Of a stretch of DNA of 64,000 nucleotides, positions 29,039 to 38,648 are shown in pieces. Below the pieces are notes generated by a model. It did not search any database and was not told the DNA's origin. It worked only from the letters and a program-made list of their open reading frames with translations. The stretch spans positions 41,577 to 105,576 of the forward strand of contig NZ_CAXTKA010000013.1 of NCBI RefSeq assembly GCF_964244875.1, in the 5' to 3' direction. The position numbers and the translations under genes were made by a program. Numbering within the stretch: the stretch's first letter is position 1; each line of letters opens with the position of its first letter. The DNA comes from an uncultured Devosia sp. Its GTDB lineage: Bacteria; Pseudomonadota; Alphaproteobacteria; Rhizobiales; Devosiaceae.

Positions 29039-29245
29039 TCAATAATGCGGAGGCGGCGGCTCTGTGCTTGGGTCGGCGATGATGCTGACGGCGCGTGCTT
29101 GTTCGTCGAGCAAGTTCACCTTGCGGCTCAGCGCGTCGATCACCGCCCATTGCGCCGTGATGGTGGCGTTCAGCTCCTCTATGGTTTCATCCTGATAAGC
29201 GATGCGGGTTTCCAGGGCGTCGAGCCGGTCGGCTGGGGTGCTCAT
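29039..29245 (-). CDS. slyX: SlyX family protein
   Basis: RLDALETRIAYQDETIEELN...EPPPPHY. Confidence 0.92.
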   Translation of the reverse strand: MSTPADRLDALETRIAYQDETIEELNATITAQWAVIDALSRKVNLLDEQARAVSIIADPSTEPPPPHY

Positions 29246-29396
29246 TGGCGGGCTCCATGGGTGAACGCACGAAGCTTTAAGGTGCGCAGGGACATGGTGC
29301 AATTGCGACGATTGCGGCACTTACTTGACCTAAGGGGAACTTATCGGACGCATTGGCCATTGATGCAGTCGAATAGACCGGCGGCAGGATCCGATC

Positions 29397-29939
29397 ATGT
29401 CGATCATCAGCAGTATTGGCGAGCATCAACACGCGATCGCCCCGGACGGCTTCGGCAATGCGTTCGGCCTTGGCGTCAGCGTGGCAGTGCCGCCACTGGC
29501 CTATTTTGCGGTTGGGGCAACCATGGACGCCATGGGCGTGGCACCGTTGGCAGCGGCGCCATTCGGATTGCCGGCCTGGATTGGCATTGCGGCCATCGCC
29601 GTGATGCTGGCAATGTGGGGCATGGCCCATTTTTTGATGCGGCAGCAGGGCGATGCAGGGCAAGCGGCTGGGCGTTGGGTAGCGGCGCTGATCGCCGGAG
29701 TGATCGTGTTGCAGTTCGCTCTGGCCCTCGCCAATCCGTTCGTGAGTAGCCTGCTGTCCATGCTGGTGCTGCTGAGCGGGATCGTTGCCGTCATGCGGGT
29801 ATCGGCCCTGTCCGGCGCGGCAGCGCTGCTGCTGGCGCCGGGCCTGGTCTGGTTCGGCCTGGGTTCGCTGATCGGCTTCACCACCTTGGCGGGGGGCTGG
29901 TCTCCGCCGTTTGCCCTGGTCGATCACAACAAGCACTGA
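29397..29939 (+). CDS. Membrane protein, possibly TspO/MBR-like
   Basis: About 5 hydrophobic helices; LPAW and LLLAPGLVW resemble TspO. Confidence 0.5.
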   Translation: MSIISSIGEHQHAIAPDGFGNAFGLGVSVAVPPLAYFAVGATMDAMGVAPLAAAPFGLPAWIGIAAIAVMLAMWGMAHFLMRQQGDAGQAAGRWVAALIAGVIVLQFALALANPFVSSLLSMLVLLSGIVAVMRVSALSGAAALLLAPGLVWFGLGSLIGFTTLAGGWSPPFALVDHNKH

Positions 29940-30012
29940 TCCGCGATCTTTGCAGTTACCTCGACATGCGTCCTTGCGACGCCCACCCTTTCGCGCCATG
30001 TGAAGGCGAGAC

Positions 30013-30678
30013 GTGTTCGCCGGCGCGAAGGATGTGCGATTGTCCCGAATTCTCAAGATCGACGTATTCACCGACGTCGTTTGCCCATGGTGCCTGATAG
30101 GCTCGGCACGGCTGGACAAGGCGCTTGCCGACTTGCCCGAGGATGTCGAGGTGATCATCGACAACCATCCATTCTATCTGGATGCCGCAACACCGACCGA
30201 AGGCGTCGTCGTGGCGGACATGCTGCGTGAAAAGTACGGCAAGGACCCTAAGGAAATGTGGGATCGCGTCGAAAGCGAGGCCATGACGGCCGGGATTAGC
30301 CTCGATCTGTCGCAACAACCGCGGATGTTTCCCACCGCCAAGGCGCATACCATTACCAGGCTGGCCAAGCCGCTCGGCGTGCAGCATGAATTGGCCAATG
30401 CCATTGCCGAGGCCTATTTTCTGCAGCACCGCCAGATCAACGACGACAATGTGCTGGCCGATATCGCGGTCGAGTTCGGGTTCGATCGGGGCGATGCGAT
30501 CGATGCGATGAACGACGCTAATGAACTGGCCATCACCGAGCAGTTGGCGGCGCAGGCGTCCGACCAGGGCATTCGCGGCGTGCCGTTTTTCGTGTTCAAC
30601 GAAACCTATGCGCTGAGCGGCGCGCAGCCGCAGGACGTGTTCGAAAAAGCTATTGCCAAGACACTGGAAGAGGCCTGA
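30013..30678 (+). CDS. DsbA/FrnE family oxidoreductase
   Basis: DVVCPWCLIG, GIRGVPFFVFN, LSGAQP. Confidence 0.92.
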   Translation: MFAGAKDVRLSRILKIDVFTDVVCPWCLIGSARLDKALADLPEDVEVIIDNHPFYLDAATPTEGVVVADMLREKYGKDPKEMWDRVESEAMTAGISLDLSQQPRMFPTAKAHTITRLAKPLGVQHELANAIAEAYFLQHRQINDDNVLADIAVEFGFDRGDAIDAMNDANELAITEQLAAQASDQGIRGVPFFVFNETYALSGAQPQDVFEKAIAKTLEEA

Positions 30679-31497
30679 GTGCGTATCGTTCGACCTCTTG
30701 TCTTGGGACTGCTGATCATTCTGGTCTTGGGTTATGGTGCCGTGGTCGGCGCCATGTATGCGATGCAGCGCGACCTGCAATATGACACCAAGGGCGCGAT
30801 CACGCCGCTGGCCGACACGGCGATCGTCGGGGCGGCCGATGTCGCCATTCCCGTGGATGGCAGCGTGGTCAACGGCTGGTACGCGGCGCCGCGGTCGGGC
30901 AAGCCGCTGATCCTGTATTACAAGGGCAATTCGGGCAGCTTCACGGCCGAGCACAAGCGCTACGCCACCTGGATGCAGGCTGGCTACGGGTTCCTGGCGT
31001 TCGATTATCGCGGCTTTCCCGCGTCACGCGGCAGCGTCAGCCAGCAGAGCATTCTCGACGATGCCGTGGCTGCTTTCGACTGGGCCGCGAGCAAGGGCTT
31101 TCCCATGGTGATCTGGGGCCGCTCGCTGGGGTCGGGGCCGTCCACCTATGTGGCCAGCGTGCGCGACGCCGACGCGCTGCTGCTGGAAACGCCGTTCCTG
31201 TCGGCGGTATCGGTGGCAGGCGAGCGCTATCCGTTGCTGCCTGTGGGACTGGTGATGCTGGACCAGTTCCCGGTCAACCAGTGGATCGCCGATGTCGCCG
31301 AGCCGGTGCTGATCGCCCACGGGACGGCGGACACGACGATCGATGTGTCCAATGGCCAGCGGCTCTACGAACTCGTGCCGCGTAAGGACAAGCTCTGGAT
31401 CGTGCCGGACGGCACCCATGGCGATCTGTGGGATCGCGGGCTATGGGGCCAAGCGGAGCCGTTTTTCGAGCGCTCGGAAGCGGCAGCGGGACATTAG
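30679..31497 (+). CDS. Alpha/beta hydrolase with N-terminal membrane anchor
   Basis: FDYRGF, WGRSLGSG, AHGTADTTI, GTHGDL. Confidence 0.9.
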   Translation: MRIVRPLVLGLLIILVLGYGAVVGAMYAMQRDLQYDTKGAITPLADTAIVGAADVAIPVDGSVVNGWYAAPRSGKPLILYYKGNSGSFTAEHKRYATWMQAGYGFLAFDYRGFPASRGSVSQQSILDDAVAAFDWAASKGFPMVIWGRSLGSGPSTYVASVRDADALLLETPFLSAVSVAGERYPLLPVGLVMLDQFPVNQWIADVAEPVLIAHGTADTTIDVSNGQRLYELVPRKDKLWIVPDGTHGDLWDRGLWGQAEPFFERSEAAAGH

Positions 31498-31506
31498 GCG
31501 AGGAAA

Positions 31507-31878
31507 ATGGCAATGCGCAGGATGCTGATCGTTGGAATGATGGCGCTGATGGGCACGAGCGCTATCGCCGCGCCGCTGCCTCTGGCGATCAAAAGCGCGT
31601 CGGTCCAGCCCTCAACGTTTGGCGGCGAGCCAACCATCGTGGTGGAACTGGAGCCCAGCACCCGGCAGGCCTTCGCCAAGCTGACGACGCGGCATGTGGG
31701 GGCAATCCTCGATCTGCTGATCGACGGCGCCGTGGTGTCGTCGCCGCGTATCCAGACGCCGATTGTCGAGGGATCTGTGGTGATCAGCGGCAGCTTTACC
31801 GCCAGCGAAGCGGCCGCGCTGGCGCGGCGGATTTCGGCTGGCGAGGCCCTCGTCGCGGTCGACCTGGCGACGCCCTGA
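31507..31878 (+). CDS. Stand-alone SecD/SecDF P1-head-subdomain protein with signal peptide
   Basis: FAKLTTRHVGAILDLLIDGAVVSSPRIQTPIVEGSVVISG. Confidence 0.7.
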   Translation: MAMRRMLIVGMMALMGTSAIAAPLPLAIKSASVQPSTFGGEPTIVVELEPSTRQAFAKLTTRHVGAILDLLIDGAVVSSPRIQTPIVEGSVVISGSFTASEAAALARRISAGEALVAVDLATP

Positions 31879-31888
31879 TCGGACAAGC

Positions 31889-31917
31889 AAAAACGCCGCC
31901 CCGAGGGACGGCGTTTT
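31889..31917. terminator. Bidirectional intrinsic terminator
   Basis: AAAACGCCG...CGGCGTTTT hairpin between convergent genes. Confidence 0.75.
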
Positions 31918-31937
31918 CAAATTCTCTACAGCAAAAC

Positions 31938-32237
31938 TTAGAACGATGCGGGACGCTCGGGGCGCGGCGCACCGGCGCCGGGTGCACCGGGACGAGCGCT
32001 CTGGCCGGGACGCGGCGCGGGGGTCGGTGCGGGCAGGCCGCTTTCGCGCTGGGCGCGCTTGCGAGCCAGCTTGCGGGCACGACGCACGGCTTCGGCCTTC
32101 TGCCGCGCCTTCTTTTCGGAGGGCTTTTCGTAGTAGTTGCGCAGCTTCATTTCGCGGAAGACGCCTTCGCGCTGCAGCTTTTTCTTGAGCGCGCGCAGCG
32201 CCTGATCAACGTTATTATCGCGAACGACTACTTGCAA
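31938..32237 (-). CDS. rpsU: 30S ribosomal protein S21 with Pro/Gly-rich tail
   Basis: [18 protein letters not shown]...YYEKPSEKK; TTG start. Confidence 0.97.
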   Translation of the reverse strand: MQVVVRDNNVDQALRALKKKLQREGVFREMKLRNYYEKPSEKKARQKAEAVRRARKLARKRAQRESGLPAPTPAPRPGQSARPGAPGAGAPRPERPASF

Positions 32238-32402
32238 AGGTCAACCGCCCTTTCGAAGCTTGAAACAATGTGTTGGATGATAGCACAAGGTCAAATAAAA
32301 CCTGCGCCGACCAGCAGAGCCGGTCACCGTGGGCCGCTCTATAGCCCAAGGGCGCATGCTTGTCCACTGTCGGCCGCGTGAAAAACAACTATTTGGCGTC
32401 GT

Positions 32403-33491
32403 TCAAAGCTTCGGCTGCAGCCGGTTGACATGCCCCATCTTGCGCCCCGCTCGTCCTTCGGTCTTGCCATAGAGATGGGGTTGGGCGTGGCCAGTCAATG
32501 CGGCGGGAATTGCCAGAACCTCGTCGCCGATCAGATTCTGCATGACAACATCGGCCAGGCGGGCCGGATCGCCCAGGGGCCAGCCGAGGATGGCGCGGAT
32601 GTGCTGCTCGAACTGGTTGGTGAGACACACGGCCTCGGTCCAGTGGCCGGAATTGTGCACGCGGGGCGCGATTTCGTTGACCAGCAGGGTTGGGCGCTGA
32701 TCCCCAGGGACGACGAAGAATTCGACGCCGAGCACGCCGACATAGTCGAGGGCGATGACGATGGCCTTGGCGATCATGCCGGCATGTTTTTCCAGCGCTG
32801 CGGGGATAGCGGCCGGCACGGTACTGGTGAACAGAATGTGGTCGCGGTGGACGTTTTCGGCGGGATCGAAACTCTTGACCTCGCCGGCAAGGTTGCGGGC
32901 GACGACGACGGAAATTTCCCGCTCGAACGGCACGAAGGCCTCCAGCACCAGAGGCTTGGGGTCGAGCGCCGCAAAGGCCTGCGCGGCGTCGTCGAGATGG
33001 TGCAGCACACGCTGGCCCTTGCCGTCATAGCCCAGGCGCGTGGTCTTGAGCACGGCGGGCAGGCCTAAAGCAGCGATGGCAGCGTCCAGGTCGGCGAGGG
33101 TTGCAACGGGGTAGTGGGGAGCGACGGGGATGTTCTTGCTGGCGAGGAAGGCTTTTTCGGCCAGCCGGTCCTGCGAGATCGCCAGAGCGTTGGCACCCGG
33201 ACGCAAAGGCTTGCGGGCGGCGAGGAACTCGGCGGTCGCGGCGGGGACGTTCTCGAATTCATAGGTGACGACATCGACGGCAGCGGCGAAGGCGGCGAGT
33301 GCGGCCTCGTCATCATAGGCGGCGACTGTCCTGTGGGCGGTCACCTCGAACGCGGGGCTGTGCGGATCGGGGCAGTAGATATGCGTGCGCATGCCCAGCC
33401 GGCTGGCTGCCAGGGACAGCATGCGGCCAAGCTGGCCGCCCCCCAGGATGCCGATCATGGTGCCGGGCGGCAGCGGAGTGGTCTGGGGCAC
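32403..33491 (-). CDS. purK: N5-carboxyaminoimidazole ribonucleotide synthase
   Basis: GILGGGQLGRM, TYEFENVP, GYDGKGQ, NEIAPRVHNSGH; GTG start inferred at 33491. Confidence 0.96.
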   Translation of the reverse strand: MPQTTPLPPGTMIGILGGGQLGRMLSLAASRLGMRTHIYCPDPHSPAFEVTAHRTVAAYDDEAALAAFAAAVDVVTYEFENVPAATAEFLAARKPLRPGANALAISQDRLAEKAFLASKNIPVAPHYPVATLADLDAAIAALGLPAVLKTTRLGYDGKGQRVLHHLDDAAQAFAALDPKPLVLEAFVPFEREISVVVARNLAGEVKSFDPAENVHRDHILFTSTVPAAIPAALEKHAGMIAKAIVIALDYVGVLGVEFFVVPGDQRPTLLVNEIAPRVHNSGHWTEAVCLTNQFEQHIRAILGWPLGDPARLADVVMQNLIGDEVLAIPAALTGHAQPHLYGKTEGRAGRKMGHVNRLQPKL

Positions 33492-33495
33492 GCGG

Positions 33496-33990
33496 CTACT
33501 CGGTATCGGTGGGAAAAAGGGGAACCAGGGCGGACTGGCGAGCGCGGTAGGCATCGAGCCGATCGGCCAGTTCGTCGTCGCCGAGCGCAAGCACTGCGGC
33601 CGCCAGCAAAGCGGCATTGACTGCGCCGGGATGGCCTATGGCCAGGGTGCCCACTGGAATGCCGGCGGGCATCTGCACGATGGAGAGAAGGCTGTCCTGG
33701 CCGGAGAGCGCCTTGGATTGAACCGGAACGCCAAGCACCGGCAGCGGCGTCATGGCGGCGATCATGCCCGGCAAATGGGCGGCGCCGCCGGCCCCGGCAA
33801 TGATGATCTTGAACCCCTCGTCACGCGCACTGCCGGCGAACTCGACCAATCGTTCGGGCGTGCGGTGGGCCGAGACGATCCGCGCCTCGTATTCGATTTC
33901 GAGCGTTTCCAGGGTTTCGGCGGCCAGCCGCATGGTGGGCCAGTCGGACTGGCTGCCCATGACGATGGCGACGCTCGGCTTGGTGAGCAT
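33496..33990 (-). CDS. purE: N5-CAIR mutase
   Basis: [35 protein letters not shown]. Confidence 0.97.
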   Translation of the reverse strand: MLTKPSVAIVMGSQSDWPTMRLAAETLETLEIEYEARIVSAHRTPERLVEFAGSARDEGFKIIIAGAGGAAHLPGMIAAMTPLPVLGVPVQSKALSGQDSLLSIVQMPAGIPVGTLAIGHPGAVNAALLAAAVLALGDDELADRLDAYRARQSALVPLFPTDTE

Positions 33991-34066
33991 AGAGCTTGAT
34001 CCCCTCATCGCTCCCGCAAAGCGCGGCATTAGCCTAAATGTCGCCACAACTCAAGGCGCGGCGCGC

Positions 34067-34282
34067 TCAGGCGATGATATCGGGAATGAGAATATTCTCG
34101 AGCTGGGCGATGCGGTCCTTGAGCGCCAGCTTGCGCTTCTTGAGGCGCTGAATCAGCATCCGGTCGGCGACTTGGGAATTGGTCAGGGTGTGGATGGCGG
34201 CGTCCAGGTCGGCGTGTTCCTGGCGTTTGGTGGCCAGTTCCAGCCCAAATCCGGCTTCCTGTTCTCTGGTCAGCTCAAGCAT
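34067..34282 (-). CDS. YdcH/DUF465 family coiled-coil protein
   Basis: QEHADLDAAI...RLKKRKLALKDRI. Confidence 0.88.
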   Translation of the reverse strand: MLELTREQEAGFGLELATKRQEHADLDAAIHTLTNSQVADRMLIQRLKKRKLALKDRIAQLENILIPDIIA

Positions 34283-34434
34283 GGTTGGAGGGGCCCCGAA
34301 GCGCAGAACGCCAACATCTGGTTAGCCGATTGTGTGCGGTTTTGCACCTTCTATTCGTTTGCACATGAAGACGGTCGACAAGACGTGAATTTTTTGTGAC
34401 GATAGGCGCGTCAACCAAGCTTAAAGGAGTTGTT

Positions 34435-34611
34435 ATGACGACTGAAGGCCACATCGCGGCGCTCGAAAGGCGGCATCAGGAGTTGGATCGCCAGATCCAG
34501 ACCGAATTGCAGAATACCCGCTACGACGATCTGACGGTTAGCGCGCTCAAGCGCAAAAAACTCGAAGTCAAGGACGAGTTGACGAAGTTCACGGGCGCCA
34601 ACGCCTATTAA
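34435..34611 (+). CDS. YdcH/DUF465 family coiled-coil protein (second paralog)
   Basis: HIAALERRHQELD...LKRKKLEVKDEL; AAGGAG RBS. Confidence 0.88.
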   Translation: MTTEGHIAALERRHQELDRQIQTELQNTRYDDLTVSALKRKKLEVKDELTKFTGANAY

Positions 34612-34674
34612 GTGCGGCAAAAGTTTTTCCCCAGTCGGGAAATAAGGGTCACGGCCATACGCCGCGGCTCTTTT

Positions 34675-35436
34675 TTATGCGCCGAAGAATACGCCCTGGG
34701 CGCCGTCCCAGATCAGCTTGAGGGCGAGGAAAAACACCAGGACATAGGCGATCTGGTAGAAGTACTTGGCCGAGATGCGGCGCACCAGGTAAATGCCCAG
34801 CAGCACGCCGACGATGCCGACCGGGATCAGGGCCGCGGACAGCTCGAGATTCTGGACCGAGAGCTGGCCCAGAAAGAAGTATGGCACCAGCTTGGCGGTG
34901 TTGACGATGCCGAAAAACACCGCCGACGTGCCTGAATAGAGCGCTGGCGACAGGCGCTGGGGCAGCACGTAGATCTGGAACGGCGGCCCGCCCGTGTGTG
35001 AAACGAAGCTGGTGAAGCCGGCAAAGCCGCCCCAGAACACACCCCAAGGGGTTGATGGCGGCAGGCCCTCGAGCTTCTTGCGCAGCGGCAATACGGCGTC
35101 GAGCACGAACAGCAAGGTTACGATACCGACAAATAGCAGCACCACGGCGTCCGAGACGAAGGACCACAGCACCCAGCCGATCAGGGTGCCGATAGCGGCG
35201 CCGGGCAGCATGATCTTGAGAATCTGCCAGGAGAATTCCTTGCGATAGGCATAGACGGCGATGACGTCCATGGCGATCAGCACTGGCAACATCATGCCTG
35301 CGGCATCACGGGCGGGCATGACCAGGGCCAGCAGCGGCACGCCGACAACGCCCAGGCTGCCCAGGAGGCCGGCCTTGGACAGGCCGACGATCAGCACCGC
35401 GATCACGGCGACCGCGACGAAATAGGGATCAGGCAT
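34675..35436 (-). CDS. TauE/SafE sulfite-exporter family membrane protein
   Basis: GLSKAG, GFTSFVSHTGGPP, NTAKLVPY. Confidence 0.9.
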   Translation of the reverse strand: MPDPYFVAVAVIAVLIVGLSKAGLLGSLGVVGVPLLALVMPARDAAGMMLPVLIAMDVIAVYAYRKEFSWQILKIMLPGAAIGTLIGWVLWSFVSDAVVLLFVGIVTLLFVLDAVLPLRKKLEGLPPSTPWGVFWGGFAGFTSFVSHTGGPPFQIYVLPQRLSPALYSGTSAVFFGIVNTAKLVPYFFLGQLSVQNLELSAALIPVGIVGVLLGIYLVRRISAKYFYQIAYVLVFFLALKLIWDGAQGVFFGA

Positions 35437-35461
35437 GGGCAAACTCGGCGGGAAACAGGGG

Positions 35462-37321
35462 TCAGTCAGACTGCGGGGACGGCGATTCGTCAACGGGGCG
35501 CCGGGGCCCGGGCAGGCGGTCTGCGGCCATGGCGTCGTTGAGAAGGCCGATGGACTGGCGGACCAGGCCCACATAGGCGTCCTCGTCGTTGCGCACGGCG
35601 AAGCTGTCGTGCAACAGCTTGTTGTCGTGCTCCTCGAACGCCTTGGCGAGGGCCAGCGCCGCTTCGGGTTTATAGCCCAGCCTCGCCAGCACTTTGGCGC
35701 CCAGGCTGATGGCCGAGAGGAAGGTTTCTCGCTCGAACACCTCCACGCCCAGCTCCATCAATTCGTGGGCATGGCCGCGATCGATGGCACGGGCGGCGAT
35801 GGTGACGTCGGGAAAATGCTGATGCAGATTGCGAGCGATGGTCGAGATGCGGTCGCGCCCGCCCACGGTGATGACCACCAGTTCAGCGCTGGCGACGCCG
35901 GCGGCGTGCAACAGGTCAAGCCGGGAAGCGTCACCGTAAAACACCTTGACGCCGAACTTGCGCACCAGGTCGATCTGGGCCGGATCGTCGTCGATCAGGG
36001 TCATTTCATAGCCCTGCGCGCGCAGCAGGCGGGTGACGATCTGCCCGAAGCGGCCATAGCCGAGCACGACGATCTTGTGGCGGTCATCGATGTCGTCGCT
36101 GTCGCGGGCGTCGCGGCGGGCGTCGAGCTGGGGCGCTACCAGCCGGTCGAAGGCGAGCAGCAGCAGCGGCGTCAGCGCCATCGAGGCGGCGATGGAAACC
36201 GACAGCAGATCGTATTCGACGCCCTCGAAGGCATTGGAGCTTTGCGCGAACTGCAGGATGACGAAGGCGAACTCGCCGGCCTGGCTGAGCAGGATCGCCA
36301 GCAGGAGGCGATCGGCCAGGTGCATGCGGAAAATGGTGGCCAGCGCGAACAGCACGGCGAACTTGACACCGACAAACCCCACCACCAGGGCCAAAAGGCG
36401 CAAGGGCTCGGTCAGCATGATCGAAAACGCGATCGACATGCCCACAGAGATGAAGAACAGCCCCAGCAACAAGCCCTTGAACGGCTCAAGATTGCTTTGC
36501 AGCTCGTGGCGATATTCGCTGTCGGCCAGGAGCACGCCGCCAATAAAGGCGCCGAGGGCCGGCGACAGGCCGACATACTGGGTCAGGAGCGCGGCGCCGA
36601 TGACCAGTGCCAGCCCCAGGGCGGTGAACGCTTCACGCACGCCGGTGCGGGCCACGTAGCCGAGCAGGGGGCGCACCAGATAACGCCCGGCAATAATTGC
36701 GGCAATGAAGAGCCCGATCAGGGTGAGCGGGGTAATCCAATCGGTGGGATTGTCCAGCGCTTCGACGGCATCGGCGATATCGACGCCGACGGCCTGGTTG
36801 ATACCGGAAGTGGCCAGGATGGGAATGGCGGCGAGGATAGGAATAACCGCGACATCCTGGACCAGAAGGATCGCGAGGCCAGCCCGGCCGGTATCGGTCT
36901 TGGTGATGTCGCGCTGCTCGACCGTCTGCATGGCAATGGCAGTCGAGGACATGGCGAGCGCCAGCCCGATAACGACGGCGGCATTCCAGCTCAGGCCGGC
37001 CGCCTGGATGATCACGGTGAGCAAAGCGGCGGTCAGCAGCAATTGGGTCAGCCCGAGGCCGACGACCTTGTGGCGCATGCGCCAGATTTCGGAGGGTTGC
37101 AGCTCCAGTCCGATCAGGAACAGCATCATGACGATGCCGAATTCGGAGGCGTGGCGGATCGTTTCGGTATCGGAGACGAGGCGCAGCCCGTAGGGGCCGA
37201 TCAGCACGCCTGCCGCGAGATAGCCGAGTACGGTGCCCAGCCCCATGGCCTTGAACAGCGGCACCAGCGCGACACTGGCGGCCAGAAGCACGAAAATGGC
37301 CAGCAGGAGATTGTTTTCCAG
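35462..37321 (-). CDS. CPA2 family K+/H+ antiporter (KefB/KefC-like) with KTN domain
   Basis: LGTVLGYLAAGVLIGP, LLVQDVAV, EPFKGLLLGLFF, GYGRFGQ; start uncertain (CTG at 37321 behind AGGAG, or GTG at 37291). Confidence 0.92.
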   Translation of the reverse strand: MENNLLLAIFVLLAASVALVPLFKAMGLGTVLGYLAAGVLIGPYGLRLVSDTETIRHASEFGIVMMLFLIGLELQPSEIWRMRHKVVGLGLTQLLLTAALLTVIIQAAGLSWNAAVVIGLALAMSSTAIAMQTVEQRDITKTDTGRAGLAILLVQDVAVIPILAAIPILATSGINQAVGVDIADAVEALDNPTDWITPLTLIGLFIAAIIAGRYLVRPLLGYVARTGVREAFTALGLALVIGAALLTQYVGLSPALGAFIGGVLLADSEYRHELQSNLEPFKGLLLGLFFISVGMSIAFSIMLTEPLRLLALVVGFVGVKFAVLFALATIFRMHLADRLLLAILLSQAGEFAFVILQFAQSSNAFEGVEYDLLSVSIAASMALTPLLLLAFDRLVAPQLDARRDARDSDDIDDRHKIVVLGYGRFGQIVTRLLRAQGYEMTLIDDDPAQIDLVRKFGVKVFYGDASRLDLLHAAGVASAELVVITVGGRDRISTIARNLHQHFPDVTIAARAIDRGHAHELMELGVEVFERETFLSAISLGAKVLARLGYKPEAALALAKAFEEHDNKLLHDSFAVRNDEDAYVGLVRQSIGLLNDAMAADRLPGPRRPVDESPSPQSD

Positions 37322-37355
37322 ATGAGTCTCCTGCCGGCGCTATGGGGTGAACATG

Positions 37356-38084
37356 CTAGTTGTCGGTGTCGCTCTTGAGCGATTTGAGGCGGGCAAAGAC
37401 CGAGTCCGCGTCGAATTCGTCCTGCTGCTCGGGCGCGTGGTTGGCACCGGTGCCGAAATCGGGGGCATCGGGATCGCTGTGGCCGCGCGCCCCGGAACGG
37501 GCCATCGCCTCTTCGGCGGTCATCAGCGTCGTGCCTTCCTCGGCCTCGTCGGGGCCGACGACACCCTTGGAGGCGCGCTTGACCTCGAGATCGAGATCGA
37601 TCTGGCTGCACAGGCCCAGCGTCACCGGGTCCATTGCCGCCAGGTTGGCGGCATTCCAATGGGTGGATTCGCGCACCGAATCGATGGTCGACTTGGTGGT
37701 GCCAACCAGGCGCATGATCTGGGCATCCTTGAGCTCGGGATGGTTGCGGACCAGCCACTTGATGGCATTGGGGCGCTCGTTGCGACGCGAAATGGGGGTA
37801 TAGCGCGGGCCCTTGCGCTTGGCGGCGGCGACGCGCACCTTGGGTTCCAGCAGCGTCAGGCGATAATTGGGATTGGCTTCGGCCTTCTCGATTTCCTCGC
37901 GCGTCAACTGCCCATTCTGGATCGGATTGGCGCCCATGATGCCGCCAGCGACGTCACCATCGGCGATGCCCTGAACTTCAAGCGGATGCAAGGTACAGAA
38001 CGCGGCGATCTGTTCGAACGACAGCGCCGTGTTGTCGACCAGCCAAACGGCGGTCGCCTTGGGCATCAGCAAGGGCTGGGTCAT
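37356..38084 (-). CDS. trcR: DUF1013 cell-cycle transcription factor TrcR-like
   Basis: MPKATAVWLVDNTALSFEQIA.FC.LHPLEV, GPRYTP, HWNAANL..MDPVTLGLCSQ. Confidence 0.85.
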   Translation of the reverse strand: MTQPLLMPKATAVWLVDNTALSFEQIAAFCTLHPLEVQGIADGDVAGGIMGANPIQNGQLTREEIEKAEANPNYRLTLLEPKVRVAAAKRKGPRYTPISRRNERPNAIKWLVRNHPELKDAQIMRLVGTTKSTIDSVRESTHWNAANLAAMDPVTLGLCSQIDLDLEVKRASKGVVGPDEAEEGTTLMTAEEAMARSGARGHSDPDAPDFGTGANHAPEQQDEFDADSVFARLKSLKSDTDN

Positions 38085-38282
38085 GATAATACTCTCCTCG
38101 TGGCGCGGCCGGTCTTCCTCCGGGCCGCTCCGCCTCTTTGCGTGATGCTGAGGGGGAACACACACAATATATGGGTTTGGTCGTTAAACTGCAACGACAA
38201 TGTCGCTGCAACCATCGCGGCAAAGCCGTGTTGCACATAGCCGGAAGCGGGTTAAGCTTGGATTGGACCGATGGAGGCGGGG

Positions 38283-38465
38283 ATGGACGAGGACGGGATC
38301 GGCAAACCCTTGGGGCACCAAGTCGGCATGGTGCTCGATGCCATGTCGGTGGAAGAATTGCAGGAGCGGATCGCCATGCTCGAGGCCGAGATCGCACGGC
38401 TGAACGGGGCCATCGCGGCGCGCAACAAGACCCGCACCGATGCCGATGCCCTGTTCAAGTTTTAA
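38283..38465 (+). CDS. DUF1192 family small coiled-coil protein
   Basis: MSVEELQERIAMLEAEIARL...ADALFK. Confidence 0.85.
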   Translation: MDEDGIGKPLGHQVGMVLDAMSVEELQERIAMLEAEIARLNGAIAARNKTRTDADALFKF

Positions 38466-38519
38466 CCGGGCTTGGGTTCGGCGGTCAGGCAAGGGGTAAG
38501 GTTAAGAAATTGGCTGCTG

Positions 38520-38535
38520 TTAACGTGCAATTAAC
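38520..38535 (+). promoter_or_regulatory. Consensus CtrA box
   Basis: TTAA-CGTGCAA-TTAAC; extra TTAA half-sites at 38462 and 38502. Confidence 0.8.
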
Positions 38536-38555
38536 GAGTGGGCGGTAACCTCGCC

Positions 38556-38648
38556 TTGTTCAGGCTTTTCTGGATGTTCAGAGCGATTTCTCCCTCTGTT
38601 TGACGCCTCCCTGTTAACTTCGAGAGCCGTTCTTACGGCTCTTTTTTT
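38556..38648 (+). ncRNA. Candidate small regulatory RNA (5' end approximate)
   Basis: Lies between the CtrA box and a strong terminator; has no ORF in the track; two C/U-rich CUCCCU motifs (38590, 38607). Confidence 0.5.
38623..38648 (+). terminator. Intrinsic terminator
   Basis: AGAGCCGT-TCTT-ACGGCTCT followed by a T run. Confidence 0.85.
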
